The position numbers and the translations under genes were made by a program. 64,000 bases of DNA from Candidatus Latescibacterota bacterium (GTDB lineage Bacteria > Latescibacterota > CBDEFO01): positions 1,728,001 to 1,792,000 of the forward strand of contig OZ252149.1 of assembly GCA_965248755.1 (NCBI GenBank). The letters run 5' to 3'. This document shows, one piece after another, positions 32,899-42,247 of the stretch (within the stretch, counting starts at the first letter, position 1; every line of letters starts with the position of its first letter). The notes beneath the pieces were generated by a model. That model was not told where the DNA came from, ran no database searches, and saw nothing but the letters and a program-made list of their open reading frames with translations.

Positions 32899-33369
32899 TC
32901 ACACGGCCTCCAGACCCACCTCCTCAAAGGTTCTCTCTTTTTCGTTCCACGCAAAGCACTTTGCATCCTGTACTTTTCCCTTCGTTACAGATATTACAAT
33001 ATAGAACGCTCCTCCGTATGCAGGCTCGTCGAAGAACAGGGCCCTTTGGGTGTCTTCCTGGGAAAAATAAGCTCCCCCATCGGGGTGAGAATGATAGAAA
33101 CCTTTGATCTCTTGACCCTTTTCTTCGGCCTCGGTAATGATTTTGTACTGTTCTTCGGGATCTATAAAGTATGCTATCCTGGCGTCTCTTGGGTGCTTAA
33201 CGGGGTCTTCTTCGTGCAGTCTATTCTGGATATTTGTACATCGGTGGACGTAAAGATCTGACGATCCGGTTATTATGCCACAGCACTCGTAGGGGTATTC
33301 TTCTACAGAGTGCTGGGACATCTTTTCTAAATTTTCCTTATCTATTCTGATCGGCATTGTGTTTGCCAA
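32899..33369 (-). CDS. JAMM/MPN+ (M67, Mec-like) metallopeptidase
   Basis: YPYECCG, YHSHPD...FS.ED. Confidence 0.92.
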   Translation of the reverse strand: MANTMPIRIDKENLEKMSQHSVEEYPYECCGIITGSSDLYVHRCTNIQNRLHEEDPVKHPRDARIAYFIDPEEQYKIITEAEEKGQEIKGFYHSHPDGGAYFSQEDTQRALFFDEPAYGGAFYIVISVTKGKVQDAKCFAWNEKERTFEEVGLEAV

Positions 33370-34309
33370 AGTCCCACACCTTCGTGCTCAGGTATTTATC
33401 GCCTCCGTCTGGAAAGACTGTTACTATTACACCATCATCTATCCTGCTCGCCACGTCTAAAGCGACCTTCAAGGCGGCTCCTGAGGATTGACCTACCATT
33501 ACACCCTCGATCCTTGCAAGCTTCCTGGTCATTTCATACGCATCTTCGGTTTTGATCTGGATCTTTTCATCAAAGACGCTCTCATCGTAGATGCCCGGAA
33601 CAATGTTAGCATCCATATTCTTCAAGCCCTCGATTCCGTGAAATTCCTCCGGCTCGACAGCTATCACCCGGATGTCTTTATTGTATTGCTTTAACCTTCT
33701 CCCCGTCCCGACGATCGTTCCACTTGTTCCAATCGTTGCAATGAAGCAAGTTAACTCACCTTTGGTCTGTTCCCATATTTCAGGGCCAGTGGTGTCGTAG
33801 TGTGCCTTCCAGTTGGAATCGTTGTTATATTGATCGGGCTTGAAGTATAGATCTTTATTCTGCTCATAGATCCTTTGACATTCGATTTGAGCTCCGTCCG
33901 AGCCCTCCATCGCATCGGTGAAGACCATCTCTGCGCGGAAAGTTTCGAGCGTGAGCTTCCTCTCCCTGGAGACGCTTTGCGGCATCACGAGTTTCACACG
34001 GTAGCCCTTGACGACGCCGATAACAGCGTAGGCGATACCCGTGTTTCCGGATGTGGAATCTATGATAGTCTTATCTTTGGTAAGTTCGCCGGATTTTTCT
34101 CCGTCCTCGATCATCCTTAAAGCGGGACGATCTTTCACAGATCCGCCCGGGTTGAACATCTCAAGCTTGGCATAGACCCGGACGCCTTTTTTCAAGCCGT
34201 CCGCTTTACACGGAGTAGTCGCACTACTATGTAGCTTTCTTATCCTGAGGAGCGGAGTTTTACCGATCTGGGACAGTATATCGGAACCTATCGTCTCTAA
34301 TCTGTTCAA
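33338..34309 (-). CDS. cysM: cysteine synthase B / CysM-like PLP enzyme
   Basis: [39 protein letters not shown]. Confidence 0.88.
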   Translation of the reverse strand: MNRLETIGSDILSQIGKTPLLRIRKLHSSATTPCKADGLKKGVRVYAKLEMFNPGGSVKDRPALRMIEDGEKSGELTKDKTIIDSTSGNTGIAYAVIGVVKGYRVKLVMPQSVSRERKLTLETFRAEMVFTDAMEGSDGAQIECQRIYEQNKDLYFKPDQYNNDSNWKAHYDTTGPEIWEQTKGELTCFIATIGTSGTIVGTGRRLKQYNKDIRVIAVEPEEFHGIEGLKNMDANIVPGIYDESVFDEKIQIKTEDAYEMTRKLARIEGVMVGQSSGAALKVALDVASRIDDGVIVTVFPDGGDKYLSTKVWDFGKHNADQNR

Positions 34310-34320
34310 ATCTACCTGTG

Positions 34321-35559
34321 TTAAACTATGTAGTTATCGTCCACTAACTTGTCAAATTCGTCCAGAGTCGGTCCCATTATCTTGGCGCTGCCTATCTTAT
34401 CCATTACAACTTCTTGAGTCTTCAGCCCATTGCCAGTGATAGCAATTACGATAGACTCATCTTTCGGGATTATGCCCTGATCTATCAGCTTCTTGGTCGC
34501 ATAGACCGTCGTGCCCCCGGCAGGTTCGGTGAATATGCCTTCCGTTCTGGCTAAGAGCTTGATACCTTCGACGATCTCGTCGTCGGTAGCCGATTCTGCC
34601 CATCCTCTGCTATCTCTTACGGCTTTGAGAACATAGAAACCGTCTGCTGGATTTCCTATGGCGATCGATTTGGCGATAGTATGAGGTTTGACAGGCTCGA
34701 TTAAGTCTGCTCCCTTCTTGATGGCTGTGACCACAGGGCAACATCCGTCCGCCTGAGCCGAATAGACCTTCGTTCCGACATCTTCAACAAGACCCAGGTT
34801 ACACAGTTCACCGAAACCCTTCATAACCTTGGGCAGGATGGTTCCTCCAGCAGTCGGGATAACGATATGTTTAGGTAGTTTCCAACCGAACTGTTCGGCT
34901 ATCTCAAAGCCGTAAGTCTTGGCGCCTTCTGTGTAGTAGGGTCTCATATTTATATTGACAAATGCCCAGCCATATTTATCTGCTATCTCGCTGCAGAGAC
35001 GGTTCACTTCGTCATAGTTACCTTTCACAGCTATAAGGTTGGGATCGTATATCAAAGAGCCCACGACCTTTCCTTGTTCCAGGTCCGCGGGGATGAATAT
35101 GTATCTTTTGAGCCCTGCTTTTGCAGCGCCAGCTGAGACAGCGTTTGCAAGGTTTCCGGTGGAGGCGCAGGAGACGGTGTCGAATCCGAATTCGATGGCT
35201 TTGGTGATGGCTACCGAGACGACCCTGTCTTTGTATGAGAACGTCGGATGGCTCACAGAATCGTCCTTGATGTATAGCTCCTCGACGCCCAGCTCCTCAG
35301 CCAGCTGATCTGCCTTCAAAAAGGGCGTAAATCCCGAATGGAGTCCCAACTTCGTCTCACCCTCTACCGGAAGCAGTTCCCGATAGCGCCACAGATTTCT
35401 GGGCCTACCCTCGATAGCCCCTCTGGTCATGCTCTCCTTCACTTTCTCATAGTCGTAATCGACCTCTAAAGGCCCAAAGCATAACTCACATACATGCAGA
35501 GGCTCTGTCGGATATTCTTTGTTGCACTCCCTGCACCTCAATCCCTTGACGCAGCTCAT
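34321..35559 (-). CDS. threonine-synthase-like PLP enzyme with N-terminal zinc ribbon
   Basis: CRECxxxY...CELCFGPL, HPTFSYKDR, ASTGNLA, KSIAIGNPADG. Confidence 0.9.
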   Translation of the reverse strand: MSCVKGLRCRECNKEYPTEPLHVCELCFGPLEVDYDYEKVKESMTRGAIEGRPRNLWRYRELLPVEGETKLGLHSGFTPFLKADQLAEELGVEELYIKDDSVSHPTFSYKDRVVSVAITKAIEFGFDTVSCASTGNLANAVSAGAAKAGLKRYIFIPADLEQGKVVGSLIYDPNLIAVKGNYDEVNRLCSEIADKYGWAFVNINMRPYYTEGAKTYGFEIAEQFGWKLPKHIVIPTAGGTILPKVMKGFGELCNLGLVEDVGTKVYSAQADGCCPVVTAIKKGADLIEPVKPHTIAKSIAIGNPADGFYVLKAVRDSRGWAESATDDEIVEGIKLLARTEGIFTEPAGGTTVYATKKLIDQGIIPKDESIVIAITGNGLKTQEVVMDKIGSAKIMGPTLDEFDKLVDDNYIV

Positions 35560-35623
35560 CTTGGTACTTCTCCTATCTATCTACCCGAATAGAGCTTACA
35601 GTTCGACACTATCCAGAGATATC

Positions 35624-35650
35624 AAAAAACCCCTTCAAGATGAGAAGGGG
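35624..35650 (-). terminator. SAM riboswitch expression-platform terminator
   Basis: CCCCTTC-tcatctt-GAAGGGG-TTTTTT; its 5' arm can alternatively pair with the aptamer 3' strand AAGATGAGAA. Confidence 0.85.
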
Positions 35651-35685
35651 CTCTACCGGGCGGACTATATTCAGATTATATCCCT

Positions 35686-35806
35686 TTCTCATCTTTCCCT
35701 ACAAAGGGTAGGAATTGGCACCTTCTCACAGGGCAAGCTTAAAGCTCTCCTTGCGGGGGTTGCCAAGGCTTCCATGGGCCAGCCCCTCAGCCTTTCTGGA
35801 TGAGAA
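35686..35806 (-). ncRNA. SAM-I riboswitch (S-box)
   Basis: CTCATCCAGA..GAGGGGCTGGCCC..GAAGCC..GGCAACC...GGTGCCAATTCC...GAAAGATGAG. Confidence 0.95.
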
Positions 35807-35819
35807 TACAACTAAATTG

Positions 35820-35848
35820 AATATAAGCGGAATACCTAATACTGTCAA
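35820..35848 (-). promoter_or_regulatory. sigma70 promoter of the sulfur operon
   Basis: TTGACA-17 nt-TATATT just upstream of the riboswitch. Confidence 0.75.
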
Positions 35849-35976
35849 GCACTTTTTCCCGTCTCAATTCCCCTGCACCTCAGTATTGTTGATGGAGATA
35901 ATCAACAATCTCAACAATAGTACTAATACAAATTTTATACAAAAATGTCAAGAATTATTTTAGCGCAACTGCGAGC

Positions 35977-36232
35977 CTAACCCGATTAATTCATAAACTT
36001 GATGGAAGTCATTGCGTGGAGCAAAGCGGTCCCCGATTGAGTCTATCGGGGAAGCAATCTCAAGGTTTTATAGTAGTCTCCTATGTCAGCCGGAGAGTAT
36101 TACATCTACCACAGAATCCAGATTGCTTCGCCTTCGGCTCGCAATGACACCGAAGATGGTTAAACAGCATAACTATAATATAATACAATCCCTTAATTAA
36201 TACACGGCCTTTTTTGTAAATTATTCGGGCTA
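35977..36232. mobile_element. ~255-bp MITE-like element, copy 2
   Basis: Near-identical to 28553-28807; TIRs TAACCCGATTAATT / AATTATTCGGGCTA; its end supplies the murD stop codon. Confidence 0.8.
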
Positions 36233-37627
36233 AAGGCCCTTTACAATCTCCTTAAAGATATTTCCTCTATCCTGAAAGTTTCTGAACATATCGTAACTTG
36301 CACACGCAGGAGAAAGCAGGACAGATTCCCCCTTTTCTGCCCGTTTGTGGGCTACAAGGACAGCATCCTTAAGAGATTGGCAGAAGATGAGGGGAAGGTC
36401 TCTATTTTCCCTTTGGACACTCTGAACTATCTGTTGGGCTGCATCGCCTATTAATAATAAGACCTTTACCCTCTTTGAGATAACCTTTGCCAATCCTTCA
36501 AACGGGATTCCCTTGTCGTATCCCCCGGCTATGAGAAGGACGGGCCGCTCGATTGACTTCAACGCGGTGACTGTCCGCTCTGGTGTGGTGGCTATAGAGT
36601 CGTTGTAGTACTCCACGCCATTCGCGCTCCTTACGAATTCCAGGCGATGTTCAACTCCTTCAAATTTCCCGAGGACGCGAGCAACAGTCCCGACATCCAC
36701 GCCAAAAGACAGAGCCACCCCGACAGCGGCCAGCGCGTTTTGCAGATTATGAACTCCGGGGACCTTCAATTCATCATACCTGCATATTTCAAGTTCTTCT
36801 CTATCTATCCTTGCCCTTATAAAGTTATCTTTGACGTACACACCCCTTCCAAGGGCTCTTTCCACACTGAAGAACAGAACGTCTCCAGGGCAGCAATCTT
36901 CCCACTTTCTTAAAGTATCGTCGTCATAATTTAAGAGAGTAATGTCGCCTTCAGTTTGATTTAGCACTATTGATCTTTTTGCCTCAATATACGCCTCCAT
37001 AGTTCTGTGCCAATCTATGTGATTCGTAGATATATTAGTGACCACGGATAGATGAGGGCTCAAGGCTATTGCTCTAAGTCTTTCCAACTGAAAGCTGGAA
37101 AGTTCAAGCACAACAGGCGTATTCCTGCCTATACTCTCCATCTGTTCAAGGAGGCTCTCTCCTATATTCCCTCCTACCAATGTGCCTGGGTCCCACTCTT
37201 TTAGAATCTTCCCTATCATACTTGTAGTGGTCGTCTTGCCGCTTGTCCCCGTCACACCGATTATGCGGCCGCTGCACCCTTTGAAAAAGAGGTTCATCTC
37301 AGTCTCCAAGGATGCGCCGCTTTTCTGGGCGATCTCGAGGTACTCAGAGTCCTTTGGGACGGCGGGATTGACTATTACAAAGTCTACACCTTTGAAATCT
37401 ACCGCCTGATGTCCCCCTAACTTCCACTCGATAGGCAGTCCCTTCAGGGCATCTACCGACTCTTTTAACTGAGTTTCGTCCTTCAAGTCGGTTACCGTGA
37501 CCTTAGCTCCCTTTCCCACAAGGTATTTAACCACCCCTAAACCTCCCCCAAATAATCCTAACCCCATAACAGTGGCACTTTTTCCCTTGAAATCTGGTAT
37601 ATTCAGAGAAGGACGATCTCTTTGCAA
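36230..37627 (-). CDS. murD: UDP-N-acetylmuramoyl-L-alanine:D-glutamate ligase
   Basis: GTSGKTTT, ELSSFQL, HRLE, NDSIAT, LSPACASYDMF.NF..RG; TTG at 37627 with GGAGAG RBS. Confidence 0.95.
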   Translation of the reverse strand: MQRDRPSLNIPDFKGKSATVMGLGLFGGGLGVVKYLVGKGAKVTVTDLKDETQLKESVDALKGLPIEWKLGGHQAVDFKGVDFVIVNPAVPKDSEYLEIAQKSGASLETEMNLFFKGCSGRIIGVTGTSGKTTTTSMIGKILKEWDPGTLVGGNIGESLLEQMESIGRNTPVVLELSSFQLERLRAIALSPHLSVVTNISTNHIDWHRTMEAYIEAKRSIVLNQTEGDITLLNYDDDTLRKWEDCCPGDVLFFSVERALGRGVYVKDNFIRARIDREELEICRYDELKVPGVHNLQNALAAVGVALSFGVDVGTVARVLGKFEGVEHRLEFVRSANGVEYYNDSIATTPERTVTALKSIERPVLLIAGGYDKGIPFEGLAKVISKRVKVLLLIGDAAQQIVQSVQRENRDLPLIFCQSLKDAVLVAHKRAEKGESVLLSPACASYDMFRNFQDRGNIFKEIVKGL

Positions 37628-37876
37628 TCGTAGCTCTCCAGTTACAGATGTGAATATAGCAGCTTTTTTACAGCAGATGGAAAGACTACAACAAATATAA
37701 CAAATATCTGGCATCTAGCCAAACGTAAAGACACTCAAAATATAAAGAAAGAATTGCTTTTTGCATCCTTCATTAGTATATTAAGCTGCTTGGTATATTA
37801 AATGGAGATACTTACTATTGCGAAGGCGGGATTGTGGTTATTATCCCCTTAACGACAAAGTCGAGGGGAAATACGA

Positions 37877-38503
37877 ATGGATGAGGCAGTCCGCAAGGTT
37901 ACCGCATTTATAACACGGAAAAGAGATGGAGTAAAAGAGCTACTCGTATTTAAACATCCCACCGCAGGTATCCAGATCCCGGCAGGAACGGTTTCAGAAG
38001 GCGAAGATCTTGAAGTTGCCCTGAGGAGAGAGGTCTGCGAAGAAACTGGTCTAAAGAGCGTAGAAACCCAGGAATACCTGGGATGTCTTGAAAATGAACT
38101 GGAGGAAGCCGAAAGAGTAGTAGCCAGGACTACTTATGTCTATATCGAACCGGACTTAAACGCAATTCCTTACAGGCAAAAGTTGCCCAGGGGTCTTACG
38201 GTAAAGTGCAATTCTGTACATGAAGATTTCACGCAAATCTCATACACAGAATATTACAATTCTCCTGATATCAAGTATATCCTCCATGACTATACAGGAT
38301 GGGTTCCCAGTGAAAACCTGAGTGCTCAGAAGACGAGATATTTTTATCATCTAACAACGCTGGAAGAAACTGAAGATGAGTGGGAAGTGAAAGGCGATCC
38401 AGGCCATATTTTTAAGCCGCACTGGACGCCGCTCTCGCCAAAGCCTCAATTAGTGGAAAATCAAGATAAGCGGCTGGATTTTGTCTGGGAGAAGATTAGC
38501 TAA
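37877..38503 (+). CDS. NUDIX hydrolase
   Basis: PAGTVSEGE....ALRREVCEETG. Confidence 0.9.
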   Translation: MDEAVRKVTAFITRKRDGVKELLVFKHPTAGIQIPAGTVSEGEDLEVALRREVCEETGLKSVETQEYLGCLENELEEAERVVARTTYVYIEPDLNAIPYRQKLPRGLTVKCNSVHEDFTQISYTEYYNSPDIKYILHDYTGWVPSENLSAQKTRYFYHLTTLEETEDEWEVKGDPGHIFKPHWTPLSPKPQLVENQDKRLDFVWEKIS

Positions 38504-38602
38504 ATTTCATTTTCTGGGATTATGCACCTTCAGTTCTTTCGTGCAGCCGAGTCTCTTCAAATTAATAAATTGAATTAAGCATCATTAACCAACGAAATAG
38601 AA

Positions 38603-39322
38603 ATGGAACTGCCCCTTTTCCCATTAAACGCAGTCCTGTTCCCGGGGATGAAATTGTCCCTGCACATCTTTGAGGAGAGGTACAAGCTTATGATAGACAG
38701 ATGCCTGGAAGGGGACAGGATTTTCGGAATTTCGCTCATAAAACTCGGCAGCGAGGTGGGGGACCCCGCCGTTCCGTACTCTGTGGGGACCACGGCCCAA
38801 ATTGTTCACGTGGAGAGGCTGGACGAGGGGCAGATGGACATTCTGACGAATGGAGGCCAACGCTTTGAAATATTGGACATGATTCAGGAGAGACCATATC
38901 TTGTGGGACGGGTTCAACTCCTTGTGGACGAACCGTCAGATGCCCTGAAGACAGAGCATCTTGCCGACAGCGTCAGGGGTCTTTTCAAGAATTACCTAAC
39001 TTATCTGATGAAGGTGATCGATGTTCCCCTAAAACAGCAATTATTCTTTCTTCTGGACATTAAGGGTAATCTGGCAGATGAGCTTCAGTTCCCTCTCGAC
39101 TCTACGGCATTGTCTCATCTGGTGGGATCCGGGCTTCAGGTAATACCCCAGGAGAAACAGCAGTTGCTAGAAGCGGTTTCCACTGAATCCATGCTCCAGA
39201 TGGAGCAGGCGATCTTAGAGCGCGAGAACAAGAGGCTTGAAGCTATTCTGTCTCAAAGGCGCAAATCCGAAAAGGAAATTTTGGACAAACTGTTAGGATC
39301 CGAGTACTTCTCGCGGAGTTGA
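38603..39322 (+). CDS. LON peptidase substrate-binding-domain protein
   Basis: LPLFPL..VLFPG....LHIFEERY. Confidence 0.92.
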   Translation: MELPLFPLNAVLFPGMKLSLHIFEERYKLMIDRCLEGDRIFGISLIKLGSEVGDPAVPYSVGTTAQIVHVERLDEGQMDILTNGGQRFEILDMIQERPYLVGRVQLLVDEPSDALKTEHLADSVRGLFKNYLTYLMKVIDVPLKQQLFFLLDIKGNLADELQFPLDSTALSHLVGSGLQVIPQEKQQLLEAVSTESMLQMEQAILERENKRLEAILSQRRKSEKEILDKLLGSEYFSRS

Positions 39323-39343
39323 TGTAAAGGACACTGGTACGAA

Positions 39344-39793
39344 ATGGGATATCACATAAACGAACGGACTTTAAGAAAATGGGCGCATGAACACTTATCT
39401 GTAGAACCCGCCAAAAATGGAGTCGTCAGCTTCTCATTCAAATACGAGGGGAGCACGTGTTCGTCGGGAGGGATCGAGATAGATTCTCGTATCGTAATCG
39501 TACTGGAGAAGGACAAAGACAAATATATCATAAAGGACGCCGATATAGAAGTGTCTTTTGAGGACGACGGGATGCAAAGGACGTGCAGTTTTCAGGAGAA
39601 CGGCCCAGATTTTTTGATAAAAAACATCAGCGTCACAAAAATTGTGGGTCAGAATTTGGAGGATGTTCTACAGAGCGATGAAAGCTGCAATCCCGCCGGG
39701 TGCTTTTGCAGCCCTGCCAACGTGATGCACAAGTGGTACATCGCCTTAAATACGATAGACTACTATCTCAAGAACCCTGAATCCAATCGCTAA
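39344..39793 (+). CDS. hypothetical Cys-containing protein
   Basis: 149-aa ORF with RBS; GSTCSSGG and CNPAGCFC. Confidence 0.7.
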   Translation: MGYHINERTLRKWAHEHLSVEPAKNGVVSFSFKYEGSTCSSGGIEIDSRIVIVLEKDKDKYIIKDADIEVSFEDDGMQRTCSFQENGPDFLIKNISVTKIVGQNLEDVLQSDESCNPAGCFCSPANVMHKWYIALNTIDYYLKNPESNR

Positions 39794-39802
39794 AAGAAAA
39801 TT

Positions 39803-40840
39803 CTATTTCTTGATCCCTTCCAGCCTTCTCAGATATATAGGGTTGAAGTATATCCAGGGCTTCCCATCCAGTGTCGCTTCGGCCCGATAGACCCCGGGCG
39901 AGTCAGCGCTCAAGATAAAGTTGTCATCTTCAGTTTTGTGGATCCTTCTTCCGTCCCTATAAAAAGTTATCCCACAAGGGCGCGGCAGGATGACCTCTAA
40001 CTCTACCTCTGGGTTCCACTCCACCTTATCGCCCATTATAGCTGAACCGTCGGCGATGCGGAAAATAGAGCCTTCCGCAGGGCTCAGCAGGTCGTAGCCT
40101 ATGAAACAGTGTCCGTCCGCGAGCGCGTTTAAGATGAGCTGAGCGTCTTTTTCAGAATCTCCGGAGAACCTTTCAGGGACAAGGACGCGGGTCCGCAGAG
40201 TTCCGAACGCCCATTCGTAGGGGAAAACGACCATTTTTCTACTGAGTATCGTCCTCTTGGCGTGGATGTCGAGTCCTCCGATGGCGACAACTTTTGACTT
40301 TTGGCAGAGCCTATCCCATAAAGCTATGGTTTCCGGAGGAGGACCGCTTATCTTGGAGCAAGGGTCCTCGATAAAATCTCTCCACTTATAGAATCTAAAG
40401 TCTGACACCCAGTCGAACATATACGACCAGAGCTCTATTCCGGTGAATGAATCGGGCTGCCAGCTTTCCCAGTGGTACTGCTTTTTCCTGAAGTAGGGAC
40501 GGTATCTGCCGTGAGGGTGGGCTATGAAGCTAAGTCCTCCGTTTTCTCCTATATCTTTAAGTATCTGTGCAGGGCAAGTCTTCCAATCTATCTCTCCGCT
40601 TACTCCCACAGCCAGACAGTGTTGTTTGTGATGAGAGACCTCTTCTCCGACCAGCACAAGCAGGTCGTCGTGCCAGCCTTCGTATCCCTCCCTTCTGGCT
40701 TTGAGCGTGTTGTGGTCGGTCAATACGATAAAATCCAAATCTGCATTCTGAGCCGCACAGATGATCTCCTCCAAAGTCCCGCTCCCGTCAGAGTAAACAG
40801 AATGGATGTGTATAGCTCCTTTGTACTCAGTGTATCCTAT
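39803..40840 (-). CDS. PHP-family (CehA/McbA-like) metallohydrolase
   Basis: GAIHIHSVYSDG, LTDHN, GEEV, AHP, GLDIH; the first motif lies upstream of the TTG called by the ORF track. Confidence 0.88.
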   Translation of the reverse strand: MGYTEYKGAIHIHSVYSDGSGTLEEIICAAQNADLDFIVLTDHNTLKARREGYEGWHDDLLVLVGEEVSHHKQHCLAVGVSGEIDWKTCPAQILKDIGENGGLSFIAHPHGRYRPYFRKKQYHWESWQPDSFTGIELWSYMFDWVSDFRFYKWRDFIEDPCSKISGPPPETIALWDRLCQKSKVVAIGGLDIHAKRTILSRKMVVFPYEWAFGTLRTRVLVPERFSGDSEKDAQLILNALADGHCFIGYDLLSPAEGSIFRIADGSAIMGDKVEWNPEVELEVILPRPCGITFYRDGRRIHKTEDDNFILSADSPGVYRAEATLDGKPWIYFNPIYLRRLEGIKK

Positions 40841-40896
40841 TAGGTTCCTCCGTCTCTATACTCATATATCCAATGTTCTTGAATCCTTGCGTCTTT

Positions 40897-41076
40897 CTAT
40901 TTCAGTCTCTTTGCAAATTTTTTCTCCAGAACCCATCCAACTGTAAAGATCGCTAAACCTATAAGGGAGAGGATTAATTCCTGCCACATCGTAAGTTCCT
41001 CGCGTATCCCCTCTATAACGGCGAATCCGACTTCAAATATGCCCAGGATTTGGAGTATCTTTGCTACTATTATCAT
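40897..41076 (-). CDS. 59-aa two-helix membrane protein (below the ORF-track cutoff)
   Basis: MIIVAKILQILGIFEVGFAVIEGIREELTMWQELILSLIGLAIFTVGWVLEKKFAKRLK; GGGAG RBS. Confidence 0.65.
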   Translation of the reverse strand: MIIVAKILQILGIFEVGFAVIEGIREELTMWQELILSLIGLAIFTVGWVLEKKFAKRLK

Positions 41077-41134
41077 CGAATTTCAAACTCCCTGTATTAT
41101 TAGAGTGGAGTTTCACGGTTTGCTATTACGATGG

Positions 41135-41902
41135 TCAGGGACCGACGCAGGCGGTGACACCTCCATCGACGCGGATCTCGGTGCCGTTGACGTAGCTGCT
41201 CTGGACAGAAGCGAGGAATGTGACCACAGCGGCAACCTCTTCAGGTTTCCCCATGCGTTTCATAGGCAGGCTCGATTCGAACCTTTTGCGCGCATCGGGT
41301 TGGGAGAACATCGGAGACCATATACTGGTTTCAATAGGACCGGGGTTGACACAGTTGACAGTGATGCACTTGGAGATGAGAATCTTTGAGATGCCTTTGG
41401 AATAGTTGCTGACAGCTGAATTGACTGCACCCACAGGCAGAAACTCAGCACCTGGCTCAACATTAGCAACCCCCGTAATGTTGATGATTCGTCCCCATCC
41501 TGTGCCCTCCATCAGGGGTAAACTGGCGTGCACAAGGCGGATGACAGCCATCAGTTTGGTGTCTATGGCGGCTTTCCACAGATCGTCGGTGAGTTTGTCA
41601 AAGGGAGTGGGAACGAAGATATTGGCGTTGTTGACAAGGATATCGAGCCTCCCGAATCTGTCCTTGATAGCACCCGCGATTCTATCAGCGCTGCCTGGGT
41701 CAGTCAGATCTGCGGGTATGGCAAGTGCCTCTACGCCGTAAGTGCTGGCTACTTCGGCGCGTGTTTCTTCAAGGGCGTCGGCGCTACGTGCGACCATAGC
41801 TATGTGCACACCCTCAAAGGCCAGAGAATTGGCAATGGCGCGGCCGATGCCTCGACTGGAGCCTGTGACAAGGGCAATTTTGTCTCTGAGACCGAGTTCC
41901 AC
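41135..41902 (-). CDS. short-chain dehydrogenase/reductase (atypical, no YxxxK)
   Basis: TGSSRGIG, LVNNA, NCVNPG, VDGG. Confidence 0.9.
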   Translation of the reverse strand: MELGLRDKIALVTGSSRGIGRAIANSLAFEGVHIAMVARSADALEETRAEVASTYGVEALAIPADLTDPGSADRIAGAIKDRFGRLDILVNNANIFVPTPFDKLTDDLWKAAIDTKLMAVIRLVHASLPLMEGTGWGRIINITGVANVEPGAEFLPVGAVNSAVSNYSKGISKILISKCITVNCVNPGPIETSIWSPMFSQPDARKRFESSLPMKRMGKPEEVAAVVTFLASVQSSYVNGTEIRVDGGVTACVGP

Positions 41903-42247
41903 AGCTTTTCTCCTTTGTATCTGGAGTTCAATTAAAAAGGGTTAGCCTCTCTGCAGAGCTGCTGCCGCCGCATATGTCCGCCAGAATTGAGTCCATCCTT
42001 ACCCAGTTACGTCCCGAAGCGGAAGAAAGCATGACCGCATTTGATATTCTCATTCCCCATTAACCTACTCATCTGGTGACCCTTAAACTCCTAGCAAAAC
42101 GGGTAAAAGCGCTCCAGATGACGTGACTTTACGACGCCCTGAATCCCTGCAAGTTGGCCTCGAAGGTAGAAGTAATAACCACATATACGCTCGGCTTGAA
42201 ATCGGAAGAATCAGGAAATGAAAATCAGGGCACGGTTTCGCACCAGA

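Noticed and set aside
36012..36200. 62-aa ORF inside the MITE
   Set aside because: Translation of repeat sequence; the start is lost and a stop appears in the other copy
41950..42245. Possible ncRNA between the SDR gene and accA
   Set aside because: No recognisable tmRNA, 6S or SRP motifs; looks like decayed coding sequence
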